Source: Octopus sinensis (lineage: Eukaryota). From it: DNA of 64,000 nucleotides. Every line of letters begins with the position of its first letter. Positions within the stretch are counted from its first letter, which is position 1. Both the position numbers and the translations under genes were made by a program. Of the stretch, positions 1-14,160 are shown in pieces. Under the pieces are notes generated by a model. That model did not search any database, was not told the DNA's origin, and saw only the letters and a program-made list of their open reading frames with translations. The stretch is from contig NC_043012.1 in assembly GCF_006345805.1 (NCBI RefSeq), forward strand, positions 49,786,001 to 49,850,000, written 5' to 3'.

Positions 1-1143
1 ATCTTAATTAGCAAACATCCATAAAACGGATTTATTCTTTAATTCAACTTTGCCACCAACTATGTAGTATATATTGATTTCTTTTTTCAAATTTCTATTT
101 TTTCTTTCTCTCTTAGCTTTATTTCACGCTCCTTCAAACAGAGAAAACTATTTCTCTACGGTGCAGTTCGTTTGACGTAAATCAGTTGAGGTTATTTCTT
201 TCTGCTGTAGTTCTTTACTTTCCCACTCCCCCCATTCTATTACGGATGGCAATTTATAATGTAGATTGTGTTATTTTCAGTCTCGAACACACATTTCTTC
301 TGCAATTCTAATTCACTGAAATAAAAACTAATCAAAGAAATAATAACAGGTAGAAAAAAAAAGGAAGAAAAATCCCTCGAAAAAATATAAAAAAAGAAAT
401 AAACAGTCCAAAATTAAATAAGCAATATGGAGAAGAATTGATCTGAATGATTGAGATACAGAATGGGTGAGACTGAATAAGCAACAGAAAGGGATTCAGA
501 AAGAGAATGGGGTTGAGAGAAAGAAAAGAAGAAAAAGAATAGAGAGGCAAATAGAGATGGCGAGACGGGGAGAGAAAAATAAATGAGGGAAATAGAATGA
601 AAGAATTAGAGGTATTCTCAAATGAAAGAGATGTAGTGTGAGGGAATTCGGGAAGTCTCTGTAAAGATGGTGGAAATTGAGATGGCGTAGGCAAAAGTTT
701 GAGAACGCAAATAAATTTGGCAAAGGAAAAAAGTTATAAAAGATGCGAGAAAGAAATGAAAACGTTGCCTTACATCCAGAGACTTGAACGAGAAGCAACG
801 AATTCCTGTTGGTAACGAGAAGACCGTGTCCATATTTCTGGTTGAAACTATTTCACCCGACTCAAGCAGTTGAGGGACTTTATGAATAGCATAAGTTCTT
901 ATCTACTCATATATAAGAAATACTCAAATCCAGCTTTTTTGAGAAGTCAGCTTTATGAAACAGACATGTTCAAACGATATTATCGCCGCAAACATTGTGT
1001 GTATATAATGCTGCGTATCTGGAACAATATTTCCATTGTTATTTGAAATTATTTCTTCCTAAATGAAGCAGCTTGTGGGATCAGGAAGAAATACCTATTT
1101 AGTATTATCAAGGAACATAGACATGAGATGAGATATAGTTCAT

Positions 1144-1305
1144 AGGCATGGCTGAGTGGTAAGAAGCTTGCTTCCCAACCACATTGTTCCGGGTTCAGTC
1201 TCACTGCGTGACACCTTGGGCAATTGTCTTCTACTATAGCCTCGGGCCGACCAAAAGCTTGTGAGTGGATTTGCTAGGCGGAAATTGAAAGAAGCCTCTC
1301 ACATA

Positions 1306-1394
<89 letters not shown>

Positions 1395-1409
1395 GTGTGT
1401 GTGGTGTGT

Positions 1410-1456
<47 letters not shown>

Positions 1457-1540
1457 TGTGTGTGTGAGTGTCTGTGTGTGTTTTGTCCCCCAGTACGACC
1501 GCAGCCAAATGAGTGAAACATGAAAAAGAGAATAAAAGAA
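1144..1540 (+). mobile_element. tRNA-derived SINE, family A (internal (TA)n(TG)n tract), internally deleted copy
   Basis: Head TGGCTGAGTGGTAAG (A box-like) ... GGGTTCAGTCTC (B box-like); body CGGGCCGACCAAAAGCTTGTGAGTGGATTTG shared with copies at 23129 and 23963; tail CGCAGCCAAATGAGTGAAACA. Confidence 0.85.
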
Positions 1541-1727
1541 TGCTAAGTGAAGTGAGACGGCTGTAGTTCGTTTACCTAAAATTGCATTGGCTGATAGGCC
1601 TGTTTATTTGGTTTCGATTGCATTTCAAGTGGATATCAGGGTATCAAAAATGTATATTGCTACCTGATATAGTCATACCATCCATTTTAGTGGCTTACCG
1701 TTTCAGATTTCATACAGTCAGTGTATT

Positions 1728-2020
1728 TGTGGAGGCACATTGCCTAGTGGTTAGAGCAGGGATCGTGGTTTCGAATCTCAGACCGGGCGATACGTGTGTT
1801 TATGAGCGAAACACCTAAGCTCCACGCAGCTCCGGCAGAAGGTAAGGGCGAAACTTCTGCTGACTCTTTCACCACAACTTTCTCTCACTCTTTCCTCCTG
1901 CATCTTGCAGCTCACCTGCGACGGACCGGCGTCCCGTCCAGGTGGGGTGAACTATACGCCAAGAAATCGGGAAACCGGCCCTTATGAGCCAGGCATGGCT
2001 CGAGAAAGAAAAACCCACCA
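1728..2020 (+). mobile_element. tRNA-derived SINE, family C (tail variant 1)
   Basis: GC-rich island starting GGAGGCACATTGCCTAGTGGTTAGAGCA ... GGTTTCGAATCTC (A/B box-like). The 5' ~160 bp match the minus-strand element at 17304-17597; A-rich end. Confidence 0.75.
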
Positions 2021-2867
2021 ATCAGTGTATTTGTTCAAGTATAAATGTAACTGTATATATGAATTTATACACATACACATACATGTATATATAAAGACAT
2101 ACAAATCTATATATACACATCCATTTATGTATGAATATATTTGTGAATATATGTACGTATGCATATATATATATAAGAATATGTATTCACTGTTTATATG
2201 TAAGTTTGTATAATATTTTCTTGAAAATTGTAGAGTGGAGATAGTATTTCTTGATGCAGATCAGGTGATTCATACCAGACATAGGTCAAAATCGATGTCT
2301 TCAAATGCAGATATCAGCTTCCAAATTCGATGAATTTGAAATATTGAAATAAAAGATAAAGATAATAATATACTAATGCACAAAATTATGTTGAACAAAT
2401 TTCAAATCGCATCATTCTGTGAACTGATAAATAAAGTACATTTATGAAATTAACAGTTGTTGCTTTCATTACAGATATCCCGATAAATTGAGAGAAGTAT
2501 AGTAGTAAAAGAAATGCCGTATGAGTTTTGCCATTAATAATGGGGGAAGAGAAATGTGAAATCGACTGATATCGTAAGAAAACAAAGGAGTGAGACTAAA
2601 AGATTGCTAGAAATGCGAGAATTAGCCACTAAATCTCTATCGAATTACATCGAACACCTTAAAAATAGAGGTACACGAAAATAGACACTAATATGCTCCT
2701 TGATTCACTATATCTGAATAAAGGCCAAAATAATTGTTGCAGGGTCGCATTTGCTAATAGGTCAATTGATTTTTTTAAAGTGACTATTTCTTTATTGTTG
2801 TATTTGTTGCGCACTGCATATGTTAATTATTTATTTATTTAAGTTATCTATGTATTCATATATACAA

Positions 2868-2917
<50 letters not shown>

Positions 2918-4347
2918 TCAATTATATTTCTTCTGGGGAAGAAATATAATCAAATTGCACCCAGAAAAATAAAAGCTTGTTTATTGAGATCGGTGTCTGA
3001 ATGTTATTGTCGGTTTGTCGGTACTAGCGGGGTTTGAAATAGTAATATTAAGGGTTGGACTTAAATACAACATGAAATTTATTTAAACACTTATGATACA
3101 GACTTCGTTTGGCTTGACCGAATTTTAATGTTGTCTAAAAAAAAATCGTAATATTCTTGCTTTTCCATTATCATTGTTTTCATAATTCTAGTGAAATAAC
3201 TTGTAATGATTCCTCAAATTCTTGTACTACAATTGTCGTTTCGGCCCAGGCGAGCCATGATTCAGTAAGTGTATGACCACAAATTCAACCCAAAGTTATG
3301 GAACATTTTAAATCGGATCATGCTAGAAGATGGTGGACTACCGTAGATTTAGTGATATTTCGCTACTATTTCTGGTAAAACAACTGGCAAGATAAGGAAT
3401 TTCTCATTGAATTTGTACTACAAACGAAAGGGCTCTGTAGATATCTCCCGGATTCTACAACGTTTGTAGTAATGCTACTATATTTCATCGTGGCACTTCG
3501 GTCCTACACTTTAGGACATTGAACAAAATTAGTCACATAATGTAAGGCTAATACAAATGTAACTGGAATGTACATATAGTGAAATAGCTTAAACTGACCA
3601 TGAGAACAATGTTATGAGCTTTGTTAGTAGTACAGGACTTAAACATAGTTAACCAATAAAATAATAGTTTCATTGTCCTAGATACAAAGGTTTTTTTTAG
3701 TGAGTGAAATGCTTTCCTAGTACATGCTAGGTCGAAAAGTAAACTGTCTTGAACTCTTATATGAAGTAACGTAAACTTTTTAAAATAGCAGGGAGTTTTT
3801 GCCCCCAAATGTCCCTTGCTTGAACTGATAGCGAAATTTACTTACTTTCATACTTCTGATAATGAATGACTTAAAGAGATGAGAAAATTAAACGTTTGGA
3901 CACTTATATACAAAAAGTCGAGGTGATTACACTTGAAAGTTTTTGGCTAAATGTCTGCTCCGTTTCCTGTCGATTTAGCTGTTCGTTAAAAGCATATAAC
4001 AATTAAATTACACCCCACCCAGCAAATTCCATTTAACTTCATTTGCTAAGGTAATTTTATAATGAATGTTATTTATTTTTAAGTTTAATGAACGTGTATC
4101 CCATTCTTAATTTTGTATGTGTGTGTATTTTGGTGTATGTAATTTTTTCTTTATGTATGGGTTTGTGAGTAAATAAGGGAAAACTTTAGAGAATTCCGGA
4201 CATTTTGGAATCTCTGATATGTATATTTGAGATTTGTATCTATTCTTTTTACAAACTACTTAATAATTTAAAAGCATTATCTTTTCAACTTTGATAAAAA
4301 GAACATGTTTTTGATAGAATTAATGAGTTAACTCATAAGTTACGGGT

Positions 4348-4512
4348 TTCAAATTTTGACACAAATCCAGCAATTACGGGTGAAAGTGTTAGTCGGTTAT
4401 ATCGATCCTACTGCTCAAGTGGTGCTCATTTTGAACTCAAAACGTAAAGCCGAACGAAATGCCGGTAAAGACTTTTACCTGGGTTGATAACGACTCTGTC
4501 AGTTTACCGCCT
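4348..4512 (-). mobile_element. SINE family B, degraded copy
   Basis: TTGAACTCAAAACGTAAAG, CGAAATGCCGGTAAAG and TAACGACTCTGTCAGTTTACCGCC match the family B head on the minus strand. Confidence 0.65.
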
Positions 4513-5989
4513 GAGTTTCTTCATTAATTATTGTAAATAATTCAATATAATGAAATTCGAGTTTAGATAATTATGCTGGTCAGAAATTTTAGATGTATTA
4601 CAGGAATCTTTTCTTACACACAAATTTTGGCTATGATAAATTTATGGTACCCTATATCAATCATTGATAATATTTTCAGGTACTGGTGTACTTTTGATTT
4701 CTGATTCTTTTCCAGTTTCCTTTCTCTATTCCAGTTATTTTTTTTTCGTAACTTTAATTTAACCTTTGATATTTTACCATGATATTTTTTATGCTCTATA
4801 TTGGATAATGAGAATATTGATTCTTCATTTAAATTCCTTGCTTCCTTAATGAAACTTCTTTCTTATCTCATTCCGTTATGCAATACAGCTGTCAACCATG
4901 TGATATTGTTAATTTACATTAAGTAAATGGCACTTGATGATTTGACACATCATTCCTAAAATATGTCTACAGCCGTATAAAACTATGAAATTGATTTTAT
5001 ACCATCAAAACTGGCCCTACGTGATCACCCAACTGGATAGAAATAGCAACAAAATATTCTTCCATTACACTATAGCGTCTTACATTTAGCTACATAGTGT
5101 AACGTAATACTAGCTGCACAACAGGACAACAACAGCTGCTACTAACGCCTATAGTGCAAAAGGGAATAGTAAACAAGACAAATTGAAACCAAATACGGTA
5201 CGCCATTTGATTTAACCTTAAATACTCACCAAAGTCTCACAGAAGTTTTTAATGAGTCTTATGAAAGGATACGGGATGAGCTATTGTTAACACTTCCCCA
5301 TTTTAACACAATCACCCCCAGTAAAAGTTTTGTAAAGAATTGTGTAAAATAAGATGATAGTAAATGATAGTAAATGTTGTTCTACGATTTAAAATACTAT
5401 AATTTGGATTGCTATTATGGTGATTTTCTGTGAAGAGAGAGAAAAAGAATTCATACAGACACATTTTGTGAATTTCCTCCACGCTGTAATTAGTTCTATC
5501 GTTAATGATATGTTTCATATCATAAAATGTTTAATTAATAAGTCGTACCTGATATCAAGCTGATGGTTTCTGAAAAAGAATGAAATAGTACTGTATATAT
5601 ATATATTTCAGAGCTTCGTAATATGTAAAAGGAATAAACAAATATATGAATTCTAAGAATCTTCAGCCGTATAATTCTTTAATTTCTAATATTCTTTACC
5701 GAAACAAAACCGGATGAACCATAAGTAGTTCAACGGTTCGTATTACATTATTGGTGTCTACAATCTCTAATGACTTGACTCTTAACATCACAATTCTATA
5801 TATATATTATGATTAGGGACACAGATCGCTAGAAACAATAGGCAGTCCATTTCGTTAACTTCTTGAATTTTGGTGAAAACCTGCCGTTCAAAGCATGTTT
5901 ATAAAAACAAAAACAAAACAAAAACATTTATGTTGAAGTTTTCATTGAGCGCTGAGTGATGTCAGATAGCATTTTATTAGGAAATATTA

Positions 5990-6140
5990 ATTACTAGAAA
6001 TATCTACCAAATCTCCCTCAAACAGCACCTCACCTCTCTAGAAATTGAAGTACTAGATTAAACATAAAAAAGGCGAAATATTCATCACTACTACGTTTTA
6101 ATCACAAGCCTGCGTTACCAGGGATCATCCGTTGGTAAAC
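5990..6140 (+). repeat. Old dispersed repeat (family D, probably an ancient SINE); similar pieces near 2605, 3240(-), 5020, 8480(-), 15550(-), 36555 and 51375
   Basis: Recurrent degenerate motif CTAGAAATAxCxxCCAAATCTCCCTCAAAxCAC seen by eye at several positions on both strands. Confidence 0.4.
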
Positions 6141-7666
6141 AAATCCAATAGCAATGTAGTAATTGTAAATACTATACTTCTTTTCAAAAGACCAGTTTCG
6201 AGCAGATGCTGAGATGGTTGATACATTTCTTTCGGAGAATAATACTTTTTAGTAAAACTTTCCAAAGCATGAATCTGTCAGAATATGCGTTAAGAGGCCA
6301 TTTTGCTCTGTGGATTTCAGCAGGTGGAATCTATATGTCAATCGATTGAAGATATATTCTCATTCAAAATTATCTACTACCTTCTCTGTAATTCTCCTCT
6401 AAATGTTGCATGGCAGAGCGATAAGCGGATAGTTGCTATGTTTAGACGGCTTCCATTTAATTTATTTGGCGGGTTACATCACTGAATTGCATATTTCGAT
6501 GAGATGAGAAACCGAGTGGGTGTTAAAATGTAGAGTGTGAGTGTGTGAGTGTGCGCGTGCATATCTGAAAGAGAGTTTCTAGAGTAGAAACCGATAAAAT
6601 CAGGTATTCCCATTGTAAAAAGAGAAAAAAATATTGTGATATTTTTTTCTTGTAAATTCTTTAGTTCTTAATTTTTAATTTGTTTTTCATTCGATGTTTC
6701 TCATTCAGTTTTCTTCATTGTTTCGATTTCAGAAATGAACTAATTTAAATCATTAGAAAACATTCATGATTTAAATCAAGAAAAACTAAATAAAATCCAA
6801 AATACACACCAGCGACGTGAACAAAAATATCACCATCAGCACCAACGTCCACATCAGCCCTAACAACAGACATTAATTATTTCACTATTCATCTGTCTAT
6901 GCTGTAATAATTTCAGATATTTTTGTTTGTTTTTATTTGTATTATTGTACCCTTTTATATTAGAGTATTTCTAACTTATTCATTCGGAACATCTTATAGA
7001 TTCGCTGAAATAATCAGTATTCTTTTGAAATTAATTGAAATTTTAATTGAAATAACAGAAACGGAAAGCGTTCGATGCAAAAATTCTGAGATGGGTGTGA
7101 ATATTCATGAAGTCAGTTGATTCTCTTTCAGGACACATCTATTTCTCTTTCCGTATTATCAGTTAACATGGAAATTTTTAGACACTTCAGATTTTCACAC
7201 AAATAACCATTTAATTTCATTGTAAATTTTTCAAATCCATTATTTACATGATAGTATATTTTATATTTAAACACAAGCCGCTCGCAACTGATTTCTCTAA
7301 CTATAACTTTCACGCAAACGCTTCAATTCTTGGGCCGCTTGTTTTGGATCAGTTTCTTTACGGGGGCGGTTAAGTAGAAAAAATATATTACGCTGCAACA
7401 GAAAGAAATTCAATCGATGTAACATTCTAATCACTCTTGCAAAGTCCATTCCACAGAAGTGTTAATAAGTTACTTCGAGTAATGTGTAACATGTAAGTAA
7501 TGAGAAATATGATGAAGTGCAATGGAATGTTGAGCGAGTGTATAGTGTAGATATAAAAGAAGAGTGATATATGCAAGACAAAAAGAGGGATTATGATAGA
7601 GTATAAGAATTCCAGAATATAAATGGTCTACCCCATGAAGACAAACCGTAATTGAAGCAAGTAGAC

Positions 7667-7882
7667 AGGCTGTGAGCTAGCAGAATCGTTTCCACGCCGG
7701 GCAAAATGCTTACCGGGGTTTCATCCATCTTGACGTTCTGAGTTCAAATTCTGCCGAGGTCGACTCTGCTCTTCCTTTTATGGAGGTTCATAAAATAAGT
7801 ACATGTTGAGCACTGGTTGATGTAATCGTTTTCCTCCTACCTCGAAAATGCTGACCTTGTGCCAAAATCTGAAACCAATATT
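7667..7882 (+). mobile_element. SINE family B (Deu/Nin-like core)
   Basis: GAGCTAGCAGAATCGTT...GACGTTCTGAGTTCAAATTCTGCCGAGGTCGACT...AAAATAAGTAC, tail CCTTGTGCCAAAATCTGAAACC. Confidence 0.85.
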
Positions 7883-10115
7883 GAAGCAAGAAGACAAAAG
7901 AAATAAAAGGTGTGAGGTCGTAGACTTCACAATATTACATGATAACAGAGTGGATAACAAAGAAATAGAATAAACTAAAATACATCTGGAATTAACCAGA
8001 AAGGCGGAGAGAATTTGCAAGAGTAACATAACAGTTCTTCATAGAGAAAATTGTAGCTGGGCGTGTTTTTGTTTTGTTTTTGTTTTTTTTGGTAGCGGGA
8101 CATGGAACTGAAAAATGTTTTCCATGGCAAACATACTACACCTAAACTCAGCCTAATCAAGCCAATTCCTCCTGTGTGAAGATTGTTTGCTACATCATAT
8201 CGCTACTCTAATGCCCTAGTGTGGATATTGCCAGCTCACTGCCTATCTATTTGCTTCAATATTACGGTTAGTCTTCTTGGGGTAGACCATTTATATTTGG
8301 AAACTATATAATTATGAAATATTTAAAATAAAGTTCTTTTTTTTTACAACCACCAAAGGTGCATACATTTTCTGTAAAGTTATAGTGAGGCCTGAGGAAA
8401 AAATAGTTTGGGAAACACTGGTTTAGATGTGTAGCATTTCAAATATGAAATCATGAATTTTCTTATAAAGAAGATCCCGTTCTTATTCAGACAAAATGAT
8501 AAATTAGGTACTTTCAAATGGTCATAAATAGTTAGTTGTTGATAGAAGTCATTTCGATGATGTGAGGTGGCTATGTTTCTCCTTCAGACACTTGTTGATG
8601 TAACAAACACCAAACAAGAATTTGCTGGAACCTACAACGTACATGAGAGGAAAGCATACCAATTGTCAATTTTCTTACTCGACTCAAATTAAAGTATGAG
8701 ATCACAAATTTACATTGCGACTTACTTGTTGATAGATCGATATAATACCGAGATTCACTGAGGGGAATTAATAAAGAGAAAAACAGCTATAGTTAAAATG
8801 TTATCGTGGCAACGAATGTTTTCCTCTAGTTTACCGAAATAAGCATTACATTTTGGTTTTTAGTTCTTATCATAATTTGTTGGTTCTCTTGGCTCTATAG
8901 TAATAGTAAATCTAGTCATCATTCAGACGCCGTCATTTTCATCAACATAGACGTCGCCATTGTCACCGTCTTCGTGGTGGTCATGATGATGATGATGGTG
9001 ATGGCCTTCATCATGATCATCATCATTATCATGATCACCTTCATCGATTCGTTAACCAGTTTTATATCATCTGTTGGTGGGGCAATCTGAGGAGAATGCC
9101 GTATAGCTAAAATGCCATGAGGCAGAGAACTATGAAACACTCTCCGTATTTTCTTCGGTGCATATGGATAAGAAAATATTTTGCAATACATAGGGACAGG
9201 CTTTACTGCGAGAATCATTTTGGTCGTCAATCATAAACTTAATAACTTTTAATTCGTTAACCGTAAAATCCTGTCCAGTAGCTTAGTCAAGGAAAATGGC
9301 CTAGTTCACGTACAATAAAAGATATCTTTAACGATACATTGTAATCTGTTTTGCTGCTAATGCAGTATAAATCAAGCAATGCATTTACCTCATTTACCTC
9401 CACATTAATACAAATTCTTGCTCTTTTACGTCTTTACCAGAATCAATTTTTTGCGAGCCTACATTCCACGGTTCTGATTTGAAAATAAGCAAAATCTTTC
9501 TATCAGAGCATCTCACCTTCAATACTATTTTATATAGCAAATGACTACAAATCAGAAAATATTATATCTAACTTCAGAGATGATTATTAGAACTGACTAA
9601 CAAAGAGTACCAACAGAAGGAATTGTCTTGTATATGTACAAATGTAGACGGTGTCAAGGATGCCACATCTAATTACACAAATAACTGCACATATATCATC
9701 ATCGTTTCATTTCCTTTAACCTTCGAAGCACATAGGACTTTTAATGGAAATCTAAACGTGAATTATACTGCAATTTTGATCCGAAAACACAGTTATGTTC
9801 ATCAGGAACAAAATTCAATCACTACTCATAATATTAAACCGGTTTTATCCCATACATTTTTAATAAAAATATTCAACTTCGTTATGAATACGAATGCTGC
9901 AGTACACGTCCTTTCTTTTCTTTTCTACTCTTAAAGTATTGGTAAATTATCTATTTAAAACGTAATATAAAACGTATATAATATAGCCAGCTTCTGCATT
10001 ACCTCATTTCCAACGTTTTACTAAACTTCGTTACCATAATTGCATTCATATGGACCTTTTTCTCTGGCCATGTTTACCCTTTAACCATAAATCAACATCG
10101 AGGATAACAAGAGGA

Positions 10116-10330
10116 TCAGTTAATGTATTTGTCTAATTGGTCTAGTAGGGCTTTTATAGGGCGTGAGTGGTACCTTTTACTTAGGCGGGGAATTTTCATT
10201 AGGACTAGTCTAATTGTATTATGGACTAACTTTTGTTGCGGTTTTATATCTACTCTGCACAAGTAGATACATAATAAAATGTTCCAGTAATGAACATCTA
10301 GTATTTCTTGACGCAATGCATATGGTAAAC
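10116..10330 (-). pseudogene. Possible very degraded RTE-clade LINE ORF C-terminus
   Basis: Translation RLVLMKIPRLSKRYHSRPIKALLDQL resembles the RTE C-terminal pattern L(V/I)LW.P..GKR..GRP.KT..DQL; resemblance only. Confidence 0.3.
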
Positions 10331-11781
10331 TTCATGATCCACTGTCTCATATTTCCTTCCCTTGTAAATTAATGGGAATCTTTTGACGCTATTTTCAGGT
10401 TATATGACCTATTGGCCAAAGATAAAAGATCAGAAACAGCCAACGGACGAATAGATGAGGGGAATGTGGAGAAAAGTTAGTTTGATCAAATGAATGTCCT
10501 GTTCTCTTGTGCATTATTTAAAAAGCCAAAATTTAAACATTCTACATTTAAAACAAATTCTTGAATTTTGGTACAAAATTTTACTAAAGAGATGTAATAT
10601 TGGACTGGTTTAAATAAACGTCTTATTGGTCCCAGGCCATCGTATGCTTCCTGTATCATTCAGTGTGTATCACTAAGCAATAAACGCAACCAAAACTATT
10701 ATTGCTTTCCGTGTTAATATATTATATAATAAACAATTTATCTTGCAAGGGAAGTTGAATTTATCATTGATTCAGTTGTAACAAAACAATAATTTTATTA
10801 CAAGAACAATAACTATATTTACTGTTCTAATTAACGTTTTATTTATTTACTTATTCACTTACTCATTGAGTTTTCACGTATTTCATTCCTGTGAGCGCAT
10901 CAGTTCACCTATTGACCCACTTTCTGAAGAAATAGAAAATTTATTTAAATTTACAATTTATTTACTCAATTCTCTTCGTTTGAATACATTCTAAGATGTA
11001 ACGTTTCGATTTTGTGATTTTATATTTGTGTGTATATATATATTTTTTTGCATTTTGTAAATGAGACAGGTGTTTAAATCTTAAACAGTATAAAAGGAAA
11101 TGAAAGAAGAAAAATGAATATCTGAAAAAATGTATAGAGAAACAAAAAGAAGTAAATAAAACATGGGGGTTGGTAGAGAAACAGACAAAATGAATGAAAT
11201 GAAGAATGATGACATAAACAAAAAAAAAAACAGTTAAGAAAAGAAAGAGAGACGTAAATTAAAGACAGAAACAGATTAAGAGAGAATCAAAGATAGAAAG
11301 AATCAAAGAAATAGAACTGAATGGTGAATGCCTGCAAAATCAAAATGCAAAAAATAAATGAAATAAAAAAAAATACACAAATGAGAGAGGTTACTTCAAA
11401 TTCGAACGAATCAGTCTGTGTTGGCGCCAGATCTGTAATTATGCTGCATCACGGAATCGTAAAATAACAAAGTGTACCAAATACCATATTGAAATTCTAT
11501 CGACTATTTACTGCGGCTGTCTCTTTCTCTTCAAGTGAAACTCAACAACTTAGCTTTCATTTCCTTACGATTCTCGTCCATGGCGCTATTTGTTTCCTAT
11601 TCCTTTACTTCCAATTCTATCATCCTCAATGTGATCGTTATGATCATTGTGATCTTCACCCCCCTAGAACGTATGTATATGTGTGAGTGAGTTATCTATG
11701 TATGAGACTATGTATGTATATTATGTATGTATATATGTGTGCGCGTAAATATGCATATATATATATTTATAAATATATATT

Positions 11782-11835
<54 letters not shown>

Positions 11836-11865
11836 TAGGTATTTATATATATATATATTATATAT

Positions 11866-11918
<53 letters not shown>

Positions 11919-12477
11919 TTGTGTATTAAACGTATGCATTTATATAAAATAACCATATAAAATAACATATATAACAATTTGAAGTAACCTCTCTCATTTA
12001 TTTATTTTTTATATGCATATAAAACATGCATCTTTTTATATAATATAACCACACACACATATATATTTCAGACGAATTTTAAAAGATTAATAACTGTTAC
12101 ATAATTATTGAATAATTATTAATATAATTATTACAGTGGAAATTTACTCTTTATCACTATTCAGAGTTCTGCGAAAATGCTTGCTTACACATATACTAAC
12201 AAACACACAAACACATGCGCAACAAGAATATGCATCACTGAATAGGCATGTATATATATGTATATATATGTACGTGTGTGTATGAGAGAGAGAAAGACAT
12301 GGAATGTGTGTGTTTGCGAGAAAGATGGGGAGAGATATACATAAAAAATAGAGCGACTTGTGTGAATTCGGACGAAATCATTTTAGCTGGATTTATTATT
12401 ATTGGATTATATCAAACACGTCGTTCATTTTAGAGCTAGCGGCAAAATAATGTAGCAAAAATTAGAATCACCATCAT

Positions 12478-12512
12478 TATTGTTATTATTAATATTATTA
12501 TTATTATTATTA

Positions 12513-12582
<70 letters not shown>

Positions 12583-13038
12583 TGTAGTAGTACTAGTAGT
12601 AGTAGTAGTAATTGTTGTTGTTGTTGTTGTTGTTGGTATTGTTGTTATTGTTACAGCAGAATTTGTATTAGCATTTCATCATCATAATTGGTAATACTGG
12701 ATATTTGGCGGCTTTTTTTCATTATTTGTTAGAAAATGCGTTTCTCCCTCATGCGAGAGGTTCTTGTTAAATGCCACTAAAAGTAGTAGGATGTATTATT
12801 ACTTCTAGCAGCAGCAGACGCAATAGTAGTAGTAGCAGCAGTAGCAGTAGCAAAATGGCTGCTAACTAAATGATTTGTTATTAATATTCGAATACTTCTT
12901 AACATTCCATCATTCCCCACCCCCATAAACATTAATCTAACATACTAGACTAATTTCCGATCGATTCTGTTACTATTACCATTACCATTATGATCATTAT
13001 TGTTATCATCATCATTATTATTATTATTATTATTATTA

Positions 13039-13084
<46 letters not shown>

Positions 13085-13555
13085 TTTGTTGTTGTTGTTA
13101 TTATTATTATTATTTTAATTTTTATATTTATTAATTTAAACTTATTTCAGTTGTATTGTAAAAAAATAATTCTTTCTTTCGTATTTCTTCCTCTGGACAA
13201 AGATATCAAAGAGTATAAATTTTTATTGTTCTTGTTCTTGGTATTGCTTGTTATCTTTTTATCAATAGGCTCTGGATCACTTTGTTCAGACAATTAGCAT
13301 AAAATTAAGAAAAAAAGAAATATAACAGAAATTAAGAAAAACAAATTTAAAAAAAAGAAATACGAATACACTTAAGACGAAAACAAAAATATACATGTTT
13401 TTTTTTCCTTTTTTTCTTTTCGAGAATAGAAAATTGAAGAGGAAAGCCATTTTAGTTGGAAAACGAAAAGCAACAAGGAGAAAGAATGACTAAACTTTAT
13501 TGAGTCGTCTTGCTTTTATATATTACTTTCCTAGATTTTTCCTTCATTTCTTAAC

Positions 13556-13620
<65 letters not shown>

Positions 13621-13625
13621 CATTG
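12478..13625. repeat. Cluster of trinucleotide microsatellites (ATT)n, (AGT)n, (GTT)n, (AGC)n
   Basis: Long ATT runs at about 12495-12580, 13015-13115 and 13557-13620, with adjacent TAG/GTT/AGC runs. Confidence 0.95.
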
Positions 13626-14030
13626 TCATTTTTGTTTTTGTTGTTGTTAAATTTTTGAAAAGGTTTTTCTTGTATTTTACATCGGAAATGAAAGTATCTT
13701 GAAGTAGCTTTAGATTGCTTCTAATAAAGTAGTCATAGGTGAATTGGAATTGAATTGTTAAATGAAACTAAAAGATTGAACTGTATTATGAATTGTATAT
13801 TTTTTGTAGTGTTTTCTTGAGAATGGTTTTTCGTTTACCCTTATAAATTTAGATTTACTTTCCAAAAGAACATGAGAACATTCGAAGGGAAACAATTTTT
13901 ATTTTGATCTTTTGATGTACTTTTTAGATTTTTTTCGTTATACATGTATGCATGTGTGTGTGCGCACACACACGCACATGTATATATATATGAAACTATA
14001 TATACATATGTATATATATGTATATGTATG

Positions 14031-14073
<43 letters not shown>

Positions 14074-14129
14074 AAGATATGTATGTCTGTGTTTATGTGT
14101 ATGTGTGTGTGCGTGTTTGTATGTATGTA

Positions 14130-14160
<31 letters not shown>

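Noticed and set aside
332-833. Overlapping F/L/S-rich minus-strand ORFs
   Set aside because: They come from a purine-rich low-complexity tract with no recognisable domain.
6300-6500. Complex non-repetitive islands that could be enhancers or small exons (also about 16150, 21000, 30780, 33680, 52250)
   Set aside because: Conservation or expression cannot be judged from this sequence alone; no clear ORF or splice evidence.
8406-8420. hAT-like TIR word GTTTGGGAAACACTG
   Set aside because: No matching opposite terminus or 8-bp TSD found.
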